Positions 17,949 through 27,504 of a stretch of 32,000 nt of DNA are shown piece after piece (the stretch's first letter is position 1; each line of letters starts with the position of its first letter). This DNA comes from Candidatus Pelagibacter ubique HTCC1062 (GTDB lineage: Bacteria; Pseudomonadota; Alphaproteobacteria; Pelagibacterales; Pelagibacteraceae): NCBI RefSeq assembly GCF_000012345.1, contig NC_007205.1:630001-662000 (forward strand). The letters run 5' to 3'. The translations under genes and the position numbers were made by a program. The notes beneath the pieces were generated by a model. The model was not told the DNA's origin and made no database searches. It saw only the letters and a list, made by a program, of their open reading frames with translations.

Positions 17949-18894
17949 AGCATATTTTGAAATTTTAAGGGCAGGTGTTAACACTACCATTCAAGATAAA
18001 GGCAGAAATCACTTATATCATATCGGTATTGCAGTAAGTGGAGCAATTGATCAAAGAAATTATACATTATCAAATAGACTAGTTGAAAATCAATTAGATG
18101 AGCCTGTATTAGAGTTTGCATACCAAGGCCCTCTTTTAAAGTTAAAGAATGGAAAAATTAATTTTGCAATATCTGGAGATATTTTTTTTAAAATCATTAG
18201 AAAGAATTTAGAGGTTGAAGATGGTGAGTGTTACAAAAGTTATATTTTAAATGAAGAGGATCAAATAGATATAATATCAACCAAAAATTCTACGTATGGA
18301 TATTTAGCTGTTAATGGTGGCTTTGATCTAGAAAAAACCTGGGGCAGTTATTCCATAAATACTAAAGCAAATATTGGACCAAATAATGGAAAAAAATATT
18401 CCATAAATGATAAAATTTTTATTAAAAAAATTGATACCAAAAGTGCAATGAACAAAAAAATAAATTATGATTATTCTACTGATAATATCATTAGAATTAT
18501 TAAGGGTACAAATTTTGACTATTTTTCTAAGGATGCAATAGATAAATTTTTTAATGAAGATTTTTTAATCACAAACCTTGTTGATAGAATGGGAATAAGA
18601 TTAAAAGGTCCAAAATTAGAAAATATAGAAAACACCAATATCAAATCAGAAGGTTTGGTAAGAGGAGTTATTCAAGTACCAGCTGATGGTAATCCAATAA
18701 TAATGTTATCTGATCATGGAACAGTTGGAGGATATCCAAAGATTGGAGTAGTTATTACTGCTGATCTTGATTTAGTTGGGCAATTAACTCCTGGAACAAA
18801 AATAAACTTTAAGGAAGTAAGTCTTGAAGAAGCTCAGAATATATTTAAAGCATACACAGAAGATACAAATAAATATTTAAATGAATGTAATTAA
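17941..18894 (+). CDS. pxpC: 5-oxoprolinase subunit C (KipA / allophanate hydrolase subunit 2 family)
   Basis: Typical of the family: ILRAGVNTTIQDKGR, DRMGIRLKG, GVIQVPADGNPIIMLSDHGTVGGYPKIG. Confidence 0.85.
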   Translation: MNKAYFEILRAGVNTTIQDKGRNHLYHIGIAVSGAIDQRNYTLSNRLVENQLDEPVLEFAYQGPLLKLKNGKINFAISGDIFFKIIRKNLEVEDGECYKSYILNEEDQIDIISTKNSTYGYLAVNGGFDLEKTWGSYSINTKANIGPNNGKKYSINDKIFIKKIDTKSAMNKKINYDYSTDNIIRIIKGTNFDYFSKDAIDKFFNEDFLITNLVDRMGIRLKGPKLENIENTNIKSEGLVRGVIQVPADGNPIIMLSDHGTVGGYPKIGVVITADLDLVGQLTPGTKINFKEVSLEEAQNIFKAYTEDTNKYLNECN

Positions 18895-19762
18895 TAAAAT
18901 TCCAGGTCCTATATTAGTTTTTATGGGAGCCTGCTGCTTAAGCTTTGGAGGCTTAATTGTTAAATCATTTGAAGGATCAACCTTATGGCAAATATTATTT
19001 TGGAGATCTTTATTTTTTTCGCTAACAGTCTTACTTTTTTTAATAATTACTTATAAAAAAAAATTATTTAAAGCGTTTTACGATTCAGGTTTACCAGGAC
19101 TTATTGGTGGAGTTATTTTATCATTTGGTTTTTGTGGGTACGTCTTTGCGATGTATAATACAACTGTTGCCAATACTAATTTTATTATTTCGACGCAAAT
19201 ACTCTTTTTAGCAATATTTGGTTATTTATTTTTAAAAGAAACAATCTCATCTATCACCTTAGCTTCAATTATTTTAGCAATTACGGGTGTCCTATTAATG
19301 GTAGGTAATTCTTTATCACCAGGAGAGATGTCTGGAAACTTAGCGGCTTTTAGCATGCCAATTACATTTGCAGTCTTAATTATAATTGTTAGAAAATTTC
19401 CTACAGTTGACATGGTGCCAGCTCAATTTATAGCTGGTGTGAGTTCATGCTTTATTGGATTTTTATTATCTGAGAAGCTTATGATTTCTTCACATGATAT
19501 ATTTTTAGGTTTTACAGCAGGTTTTTTCCAAGTAGGATTTGGTTTTATATTTATAACTATGGGTGCACGTAGTACACCATCTGCAATGGTTGGTATAATC
19601 ATGTTATCCGAATCTGTGTTGGGGCCAATGTGGGCTTTTTTATTTGCAGCTGAACGACCTTCTTTATTTACTTTAATCGGAGGAGGAGTAATTCTTTTTG
19701 CAGTATTATTGCAATTTTACTCACTACTTTTTTCAAATAAAAAAGAAAAAATTATTAATTGA
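18881..19762 (+). CDS. EamA/DMT-superfamily transporter
   Basis: 293-aa protein with about 10 predicted TM helices in two EamA-like halves. Overlaps the pxpC 3' end by 14 nt, which implies co-transcription. Confidence 0.8.
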   Translation: MNVINKIPGPILVFMGACCLSFGGLIVKSFEGSTLWQILFWRSLFFSLTVLLFLIITYKKKLFKAFYDSGLPGLIGGVILSFGFCGYVFAMYNTTVANTNFIISTQILFLAIFGYLFLKETISSITLASIILAITGVLLMVGNSLSPGEMSGNLAAFSMPITFAVLIIIVRKFPTVDMVPAQFIAGVSSCFIGFLLSEKLMISSHDIFLGFTAGFFQVGFGFIFITMGARSTPSAMVGIIMLSESVLGPMWAFLFAAERPSLFTLIGGGVILFAVLLQFYSLLFSNKKEKIIN

Positions 19763-19795
19763 CTCTGTTACATATCTGGTAGATTATTCTTATAT

Positions 19796-19940
19796 ACGGG
19801 AGAGACTACAAACAATCGTAGCGCCGAAGGAGCAACCACCCAGGAATCTCTCAGGCAAAAGGACCGTAACATATTAACTCTGGAAAGAGATTAAGTTCTC
19901 GCCGACGGAATAAAACTCTCAGGCAAACATACAGATGGGT
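19796..19940 (+). promoter_or_regulatory. Tandem glycine riboswitch (two aptamers) in the gcvT leader
   Basis: Aptamer 1 (about 19797-19867): P1 ACGG/CCGU; GAGAGA (19800-05) pairs with UCUCUC (19847-52); hairpin CUAC..GUAG; conserved CGCCGAAGGAGCAA and CUCUCAGGCAAAAGGAC. Aptamer 2 (about 19878-19936): CUCUGGAAAGAG, GCCGACGGAA, CUCUCAGGCAAA; P1 UCUG (19879-82) pairs with CAGA (19932-35). The element lies directly upstream of the glycine-cleavage operon and is the most GC-rich non-coding stretch in the window. Confidence 0.92.
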
Positions 19941-19953
19941 ACAGTAAGTTAAT

Positions 19954-21060
19954 ATGGATATTTTAAAAACCGCACTTTACAGTTTACATCAAAAGCATGG
20001 AGCTAAGTTTGTTCCATTTGCTGGGTATCAAATGCCAATTCAATATTCTAAAGGAATTATTGAGGAACACAAAAGTACAAGAGAAAATGCAGGTATTTTT
20101 GATGTGTCCCATATGGGTCAGTTATTCATTAAAGGAGATGATAAGTTGGCAAAAGATCTTGAAAAAATTTTTCCAGCTGAATTGAGTAAGGCTAAATTAA
20201 ATCAATCCAAATATAGTTTTTTAATGAATGATGAAGCAGGAATTTATGATGATTTAATTATCACAAAAGTTGAAGGTGGTTTTAACATTGTATTAAATGC
20301 TGCTTGTAAGAATACAGATTTTAAACTTTTAACTAAATTGTTAGAAGATAAGTATGAAATGATTTTAAGTGAAGAGCTATCGCTTATAGCAATTCAAGGT
20401 CCTAAAGCAGTCCAAATACTAGAAAAGATAATCAACGGAGTGTCAGATCTGAAATTTATGAATGGTGATACGTTTAATTATCTTAAAGAGGATATTTATA
20501 TCACAAGATCAGGCTATACCGGTGAAGATGGATTTGAGATATCGATCAAAAATGAGAACGCAGAAGTGTTTGTGCAAAAACTCATAGATGAAGGGGCTAA
20601 TTTAATTGGATTAGGTGCTAGAGATACCTTGAGACTAGAGGCGGGACTTTGTTTGTATGGTCATGACATGGATATTAATAAAAGCCCAGTAGAAGCAAAT
20701 TTAAAATGGGCGATATCAAAAAATAGAATTCTTGAGGGTGGGTTTATTGGATGTGAAAAAATTAAATCTCAAATCGAGAAAGGAGTAAGCAAAATCCGCG
20801 TAGGTATTAAGCCAGAAGGAAGAATTATAGCCCGTGAAAAAACTTCAATATTTAGTGAGGATGATAAAAATATTGGGGAAATTACAAGTGGAACTTTTGG
20901 ACCCAGCGTTCAGGCCCCAGTTGCAATGGGTTATGTAGAAAATTCATTTTCTAAAATTGATACTAAGGTTTTTTTAGAAGTGAGAGGAAAAAAATATCCG
21001 GCAATTATAAGTAATTTGCCATTTTATAAAAAAAGTTATGTGAAAGGAGCTAGTAAATGA
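19954..21060 (+). CDS. gcvT: Glycine cleavage system T protein (aminomethyltransferase)
   Basis: TALY..H...[58 protein letters not shown]. Confidence 0.96.
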
Positions 21061-21437
21061 GTGAAGTAAAATATTCTAAAGAACACGAGTGGATAAAGTT
21101 AGATGGAGACACTGCTGTTGTAGGAATTACACAACATGCAACCGAAATGCTAGGAGATATTGTTTTCGTAGAGTTACCAGAAATAGGATCTTCTGTGGTT
21201 AAAGATGGCAATGCTGGAGTTGTAGAATCTACAAAGGCTGCAAGTGATATTTATACTCCTGTATCTGGAGAAATTATCGAAAATAACCAAGCCATTGTTG
21301 ACGATCCTGCAAAAGTTAATTCTGATCCAGAAAATGAAGCATGGTTTTTTAAATTAAAAATTACTGATAAGTCTGAAATGGACTCATTAATGAATAAAGA
21401 AGAATACGAAAAATTTTCAAAAGAAAGTGGTAGTTAA
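21057..21437 (+). CDS. gcvH: Glycine cleavage system H protein
   Basis: YSKEHEWIK..., GITQHA...[11 protein letters not shown], and the lipoyl-lysine motif [17 protein letters not shown]. 4-nt overlap with gcvT. Confidence 0.96.
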
Positions 21438-24296
21438 ATGTTAAAAAATGCTCAAAAAGATTTTATACAAAGACATATAGGTCCATCTGTTGATGAACAA
21501 AACGTTATGCTTAAAGAGTTGGGATACCAAAATCTTGATGATTTAATAAAAGATACTGTACCAGAAAAAATTCTTCTTAAAGATGATTTAGATATTGGTG
21601 ATCCAAATTCTGAATATAAAGCACTTAGAAAATTAAAAGATATTTCTAAAAAAAATAAGATTTATTCTAGTTTTATAGGAATGGGTTATTATGGAACTTA
21701 TACTCCCTATGTAATACTTAGAAATATTTTAGAAAATCCAGGATGGTATACTTCTTATACCCCTTATCAGCCAGAAGTAGCACAAGGAAGATTGGAAATG
21801 TTATTAAATTTTCAACAAATGATAATTGACTTTACTGGAATGGATATTGCTAATGCCTCTCTTTTAGATGAAGGAACAGCTGCAGCGGAAGCTATGGGAT
21901 TGAGTTATAGAATATCCAAGTCTGAATCTAAAAAAGTTTTTGTTTCAAAAAATTGTCATCCTCAAACAATTGATGTGATTAAAACAAGAGCTGAACCTTT
22001 AGGCCTAGAAATAATAGTTGGTGACGAAGATAAAGATATTAAAGAAGATATTATATGTGGTATCATTCAATATCCAGGAACCCTTGGAGATATTAAAGAC
22101 CCAAGTGAGGCTATTAGTAAAATACATAAATTTAATGGAAAAGCAGTTTTAGCATGTGATTTGTTAGCACTTGCTAAACTAAAAACACCTGCTGAGTTAG
22201 GTGCCGATATTGCTGTCGGTAGCTCTCAACGTTTCGGAATTCCAATGGGTTATGGTGGTCCCCATGCAGCATTTTTTGCTACAAAAGATGAATATAAAAG
22301 ATCAATGCCAGGCAGAATAGTAGGTGTGTCAGTAGATAGACATGGGAAAAAAGCATATAGACTTGCCCTTCAAACAAGAGAGCAACATATAAGAAGAGAC
22401 AAAGCTACAAGTAATATTTGTACTGCACAAGCATTATTGGCAATAGTTTCTGCAGCATATGCGGTCTATCATGGTCCACAAGGAATTAAAAAAATTGCAG
22501 AAAGTGTCTCTCAATTAACTAAAAATTTTGCAGATAAACTAAAGCAATCTGGTTATGAACTTTATTCAAATGAATTTTTTGATACGGTTACAATAAAAAC
22601 TCTAGATAAAACAGAGAAGATATACAAAAATGCTTTAGATCAAGGAGTGAACATCAGAAAAGTGAATTCTGAAATGTTAGCAGTATCTTTTGATGAGAGA
22701 AAAAATCTTTATAGAGCAAATCAGTTACTAAAAATCTTTAATTGTTCAGAAACAATTAAAGAAACTATGAATGAAAGTTTATCTAATATTCCAAAAAACC
22801 TATTAAGAACTTCAACTTATTTAGATCATCCAGTTTTTAATAGTTATCATTCGGAAACAGAAATGCTTAGATATTTAAAAAAATTAGAAGACTCTGACAT
22901 TGCTTTAAATAAATCTATGATTGCCTTAGGCTCGTGCACTATGAAACTTAATGCAGTTGCAGAAATGATACCAGTTACCTGGAAAGAATTTTCACAGCCA
23001 CATCCTTTTTCTCCTGTAGAGCAAATGGATGGTTATAGAGAATTATTTACAGATTTGAAAAACTGGTTGAGATCAATTACTGGATTTTCTGGAGTTTCAT
23101 TGCAACCAAATGCTGGTGCTCAAGGAGAGTTTGCTGGTCTAATGGTAATACGTAAATTTCATGAAAAAAATGGTGAAACGAATCGTAATGTTTGTTTAAT
23201 TCCAAGTTCAGCGCATGGCACAAACCCGGCTAGTGCTCAAATGGTTGGTATGAAAGTAGTTGTTGTTAAATGTGATCAATATGGAAACGTAGACTATGAA
23301 GATTTAAAAAATAAAGCTGAAGAACATTCAGAAAATTTAGCTGCCCTTATGGTCACTTATCCATCAACACATGGTGTATTTGAAGAGAAAATAACTGACA
23401 TATGTGAGTTAATTCATAATCATGGTGGGCAAGTTTACATGGATGGAGCTAACTTAAATGCATTAGTAGGTATTGCTAAACCAGGAAATTTTGGACCAGA
23501 TGTTTGTCATATAAATTTGCATAAAACATTTTGTATACCTCATGGCGGTGGTGGACCTGGTATGGGACCAATAGCGTGTAAAAAACATTTAGAAATATTT
23601 TTGCCAAAACATTCTGTGATAAAAGATTGTGGTCCAGTGACTGGAATGGGAGCGGTATCTGCAGCTCCTTGGGGTAGCTCAAGTATCTTATCGATTTCAT
23701 GGATGTATATAAAGATGATGGGTTCTGAAGGCTTAAGAAAAGCATCACAAGTTGCAATACTAAATGCAAATTATATTGCCCACAAATTAAAAGACTCTTT
23801 TCCAATTTTATATAAGGGTAAAAGTGGCAATGTAGCTCATGAATGTATCATTGATATTAGAACGATAAAAAGTGAAACAGGGATCACTGAAGAAGATATT
23901 GCAAAGCGATTGATTGATTTTGGCTACCATGCTCCAACAATGTCTTGGCCTGTTGCTGGTACAATGATGATTGAACCTACAGAAAGTGAAAGTTTGAGTG
24001 AAATTGATAAATTTTGTTCTACTCTTATAAAAATAAAACAAGAAATAGATAAAATTCAGTCGGGTGAATATGACAAGACTGACAACCCATTGAAGAATGC
24101 GCCACATACTCACGTTGAATTAACATCCAATAAGTGGGATCATAAGTATGAAAGAGAAGAGGCCGCTTATCCTTCAGAGTTTTTAAGAACAAATAAATAT
24201 TGGCCTCCAGTTGGTAGAGTAGATAATGTTTATGGAGATAAAAACTTGTTTTGCACATGTCCATCTATGGAAGAGTACGAAGACACAGCTGCTTAG
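21438..24296 (+). CDS. gcvP: Glycine dehydrogenase (decarboxylating), single-chain P protein (952 aa)
   Basis: Full-length fused alpha/beta architecture. YTPYQPEVAQGRLE, REQHIRRDKATSNICTAQ, and the PLP-lysine context HINLHKTFCIPHGGGGPG. Confidence 0.97.
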   Translation: MLKNAQKDFIQRHIGPSVDEQNVMLKELGYQNLDDLIKDTVPEKILLKDDLDIGDPNSEYKALRKLKDISKKNKIYSSFIGMGYYGTYTPYVILRNILENPGWYTSYTPYQPEVAQGRLEMLLNFQQMIIDFTGMDIANASLLDEGTAAAEAMGLSYRISKSESKKVFVSKNCHPQTIDVIKTRAEPLGLEIIVGDEDKDIKEDIICGIIQYPGTLGDIKDPSEAISKIHKFNGKAVLACDLLALAKLKTPAELGADIAVGSSQRFGIPMGYGGPHAAFFATKDEYKRSMPGRIVGVSVDRHGKKAYRLALQTREQHIRRDKATSNICTAQALLAIVSAAYAVYHGPQGIKKIAESVSQLTKNFADKLKQSGYELYSNEFFDTVTIKTLDKTEKIYKNALDQGVNIRKVNSEMLAVSFDERKNLYRANQLLKIFNCSETIKETMNESLSNIPKNLLRTSTYLDHPVFNSYHSETEMLRYLKKLEDSDIALNKSMIALGSCTMKLNAVAEMIPVTWKEFSQPHPFSPVEQMDGYRELFTDLKNWLRSITGFSGVSLQPNAGAQGEFAGLMVIRKFHEKNGETNRNVCLIPSSAHGTNPASAQMVGMKVVVVKCDQYGNVDYEDLKNKAEEHSENLAALMVTYPSTHGVFEEKITDICELIHNHGGQVYMDGANLNALVGIAKPGNFGPDVCHINLHKTFCIPHGGGGPGMGPIACKKHLEIFLPKHSVIKDCGPVTGMGAVSAAPWGSSSILSISWMYIKMMGSEGLRKASQVAILNANYIAHKLKDSFPILYKGKSGNVAHECIIDIRTIKSETGITEEDIAKRLIDFGYHAPTMSWPVAGTMMIEPTESESLSEIDKFCSTLIKIKQEIDKIQSGEYDKTDNPLKNAPHTHVELTSNKWDHKYEREEAAYPSEFLRTNKYWPPVGRVDNVYGDKNLFCTCPSMEEYEDTAA

Positions 24297-24308
24297 ATAT
24301 TTACTAAG

Positions 24309-25553
24309 ATGAAAATTGCTGTAGTAGGTGCTGGTATATCAGGATTAAGTGCTGCTTATTACCTATCTAAAAAACATAAAGTTGATTTATTTGAAAAAGA
24401 AAATCAATTTGGGGGTCACGCAAATACAATAAAGGTTGCTTACAACCCTAACAAAGAAATTCCAATAGATATTGGATTTATGGTTTTTAATAAGCAAACA
24501 TATCCAAATTTAATTAATTTTTTTTTAGAAAATAAAATAGAGATTGAAAAAAGTGATATGTCATTTTCTGTTACTGTAGAAAATAGTGGATTAGAATATT
24601 GTGGAAAAGGATTAGGTGGAATTTTTTCTAATAAAAAAAATTTATTTAATCCAAAATTCTTAAAAATGTTTTTTGAAATTTTAAGCTTTTATAAAAACTG
24701 TGAAAAAATAGAAATTAAAAAAATTAGTTCGATAACATTAGGGGAGTATTTAACAGAAATAAAAATTTCAGAATATTTTATTAATTATCATATTATACCA
24801 ATGGTATCTGCTATATGGTCGATGCCTCCATATGAAGCGAAACAAATGCCATTATCTTTTTTTCTAAGCTTTTTCAAGAATCATGGACTGTTTAAAATTA
24901 AAGATAGACCTCAATGGTTTACGGTTACAAATCGAAGCAAAACTTATGTCGATAAGATAATAGGCCAAGTTAGTGGAGAACATTTTAAGAATTACAATAT
25001 AAATAAAATCACTAGAAATGATTTAGGTGCTAAAATTTTTTATGGGGAGGAAAATGAGTTCTTTGAATATGATAAAGTTGTAATAGCAACTCATGCAGAC
25101 GAAGCATTAAAGATAATTGATAATCCAACACTAGACGAGAAGACAATATTAAGAAAATTTAAATATAGAGCAAACACTGCAGTAATACATTTTGATGAAA
25201 GTGTTATGCCTAAAAATAAAAAAGCATGGTGTGCTTGGAATTCTTCAATGGACTCAAATAATAATGAAAAGACAGCTGTAACATATTGGATAAATCAGTT
25301 ACAAAATTTAAAGATAGATAGAAATATTTTTTTAACAATTAATCCATTTAAAGAAATTCCAAATGATAAGATATTTAAAAAAGTAGCATTTACTCACCCT
25401 TATTACGATACAGAAGCATTAGCCAATCAAAGCAACCTGCATAAAATTCAAAATAAAAAACATATTTTATTTTGTGGTAGTTATTTTGGTTATGGTTTTC
25501 ACGAGGATGGAATAAAGTCCTCTATTGATATGCTAAAAACACTTAATGATTAA
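24309..25553 (+). CDS. FAD/NAD(P)-binding oxidoreductase (COG2907 / amine-oxidase-like), CFA-cluster associated
   Basis: N-terminal Rossmann motif KIAVVGAGISGLSAAYYL...LFEK....GGH. Positioned upstream of the DUF1365 and CFA-synthase-like genes, as in the recurrent proteobacterial cluster. Confidence 0.75.
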   Translation: MKIAVVGAGISGLSAAYYLSKKHKVDLFEKENQFGGHANTIKVAYNPNKEIPIDIGFMVFNKQTYPNLINFFLENKIEIEKSDMSFSVTVENSGLEYCGKGLGGIFSNKKNLFNPKFLKMFFEILSFYKNCEKIEIKKISSITLGEYLTEIKISEYFINYHIIPMVSAIWSMPPYEAKQMPLSFFLSFFKNHGLFKIKDRPQWFTVTNRSKTYVDKIIGQVSGEHFKNYNINKITRNDLGAKIFYGEENEFFEYDKVVIATHADEALKIIDNPTLDEKTILRKFKYRANTAVIHFDESVMPKNKKAWCAWNSSMDSNNNEKTAVTYWINQLQNLKIDRNIFLTINPFKEIPNDKIFKKVAFTHPYYDTEALANQSNLHKIQNKKHILFCGSYFGYGFHEDGIKSSIDMLKTLND

Positions 25554-26313
25554 AAATTCTTATATTTATACAGGAAATGTAATTCATAAAAGATTTAAGC
25601 CCAAAATTCATAGTTTTAATTACAATGTATTTTCACTTCTTATAGATTTATCGGAAGTAGATTTACTACACAAATCTTTAAAGATATTTTCATACAATAA
25701 ACTAAATATTATTAGTTTCTTTGATAAAGACCATGGAGCAAGAGATGGGAGCTCTCTTAAGGAATGGGTTTTAGGTAATCTTAGAAAAAATAATATTGAT
25801 ACTAACGATGTTCATATTAAACTTTTATGTTACCCAAGAATATTTGGATATGTATTTAATCCATTAAGTGTTTTTTATGTCTACGACAAAAATTTTGATC
25901 TAATATCTATATTATATGAAGTAAAAAACACATTTGGCGAGCAACATGTTTATGTTTTTAAAACTAAAAAAGACCAAAATCTGATTCAACATATGTGTAA
26001 GAAGAAATTTCATGTATCTCCATTTATAGAAATGAATTGTATTTATTTTTTTAGACTATTGAAACCTGGTAATAAAATATCTGTAATAATTGATCTGAAT
26101 GATCCAGTTGGCAAAGTATTATACGCTTCACAAGATGGTATTAAAAGTGAATTGACCAATAGAAACCTACTTAAATCTTATTTAAAACATCCATTAATGA
26201 CATTCAAAATCATTATAGCGATACATTATGAGGCATTTAAATTATGGACAAAAGGAATTAAATTTATAAAAAAAAAATTAAATATTAAGAATAATATTAC
26301 TATCGAAAACTAA
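25546..26313 (+). CDS. DUF1365 family protein
   Basis: Family N-terminus YTGNVIHKRFKPKIHSFNYNVFSLLIDLSE. 8-nt overlap with the upstream gene and 1-nt overlap with the downstream gene. Confidence 0.8.
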   Translation: MIKNSYIYTGNVIHKRFKPKIHSFNYNVFSLLIDLSEVDLLHKSLKIFSYNKLNIISFFDKDHGARDGSSLKEWVLGNLRKNNIDTNDVHIKLLCYPRIFGYVFNPLSVFYVYDKNFDLISILYEVKNTFGEQHVYVFKTKKDQNLIQHMCKKKFHVSPFIEMNCIYFFRLLKPGNKISVIIDLNDPVGKVLYASQDGIKSELTNRNLLKSYLKHPLMTFKIIIAIHYEAFKLWTKGIKFIKKKLNIKNNITIEN

Positions 26314-27491
26314 TGTTAATTTACAAAATTTCAGATTTGATTGTGTTTAGTGCATTAAAAAATATTAAACATGGTTTTCTTGAAATTAAAAAAGTAAATG
26401 GTGAAGTTTTAAAGTTTGGCAACCCTGATGAAAATTTAAAAGTTTTTTTAGAAATTAAAGATGAAAGCCTAAATTATAATTTGATTAAAAGTGGAAGTAT
26501 TGGTTTGGGAGAGTCTTATATGAAAGATCTTTTTATAACAAATAATCTTTCTGATTTGATTGAGTTAACAGCAAAGAATATAAAAACTATTTATAAATTT
26601 TCTGGAATCTTCGATTTGCCTTTTATCAATTTTATTAAAAATAAAATTATAAAAAATACTAAAAATAGAAGTAAAGAAAATATTGCCAAACATTATGATT
26701 TAGGAAATGATTTTTTTTCATTATGGCTTGATAAAACTTTAACCTATTCCAGTGCTATATTTGAAAGCCCCAAACAAGAACTTTTTGAAGCTCAGAACAA
26801 TAAATATCAAAAACTAATTGATCTTATAAGACCCTCAAGTGGTAATAAAATTTTAGAAATTGGTTGTGGTTGGGGTGGTTTTGCTGAGTATTTAGGTACT
26901 AATTATGATGTTAAATTAGATTGTATTACTATTTCCAAAAAACAATATGAATTTGCTAAAGAGAGAATTCATCGATGTGGACTTAATGAAAAAGTAAATA
27001 TTCAAATTAAAGATTATAGAGATTTAAAGGATAAATATGATCATATTGCATCAATAGAAATGATTGAGGCTGTAGGTCAAAACTATTTAGATAGTTATTT
27101 TAATACGATTAAAAATAATCTAACACCCTCGGGTACCGTGGGCATTCAAGCCATAACTATCGATGATAGTTTATTTAATAGATATAAAAATAAAAAAGAT
27201 TTTATACAACAATATATTTTCCCTGGTGGTTTTTTACCCTCAAAAAGTGAATTACAAAATTATGTTGATAAAAATGGATTAAAATTTGGTGAGTATAATT
27301 CATATGCCAATCATTACTCCGAGACTTTGATTATTTGGAGAGAAATATTTATTAAAAAATGGGACTTAATTAAAAAACAAGGCTTTGATTTAAAATTTAA
27401 AAAAATGTGGGAATTTTACCTTTCATATTGTGAAGCTGGTTTTAAATCAAAAAACATAGACTTAATTCAATTTTCACTACAAAATAAATAA
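26313..27491 (+). CDS. cfa: Cyclopropane-fatty-acyl-phospholipid synthase-like SAM-dependent methyltransferase
   Basis: NIAKHYDLGNDFFSLWLD.TLTYSSAIF, SAM motif KILEIGCGWGGFAEYL, SIEMIEAVG, FIQQYIFPGGFLPS, YLSYCEAGF. Confidence 0.85.
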   Translation: MLIYKISDLIVFSALKNIKHGFLEIKKVNGEVLKFGNPDENLKVFLEIKDESLNYNLIKSGSIGLGESYMKDLFITNNLSDLIELTAKNIKTIYKFSGIFDLPFINFIKNKIIKNTKNRSKENIAKHYDLGNDFFSLWLDKTLTYSSAIFESPKQELFEAQNNKYQKLIDLIRPSSGNKILEIGCGWGGFAEYLGTNYDVKLDCITISKKQYEFAKERIHRCGLNEKVNIQIKDYRDLKDKYDHIASIEMIEAVGQNYLDSYFNTIKNNLTPSGTVGIQAITIDDSLFNRYKNKKDFIQQYIFPGGFLPSKSELQNYVDKNGLKFGEYNSYANHYSETLIIWREIFIKKWDLIKKQGFDLKFKKMWEFYLSYCEAGFKSKNIDLIQFSLQNK

Positions 27492-27504
27492 CTATAGGAG
27501 CTAC

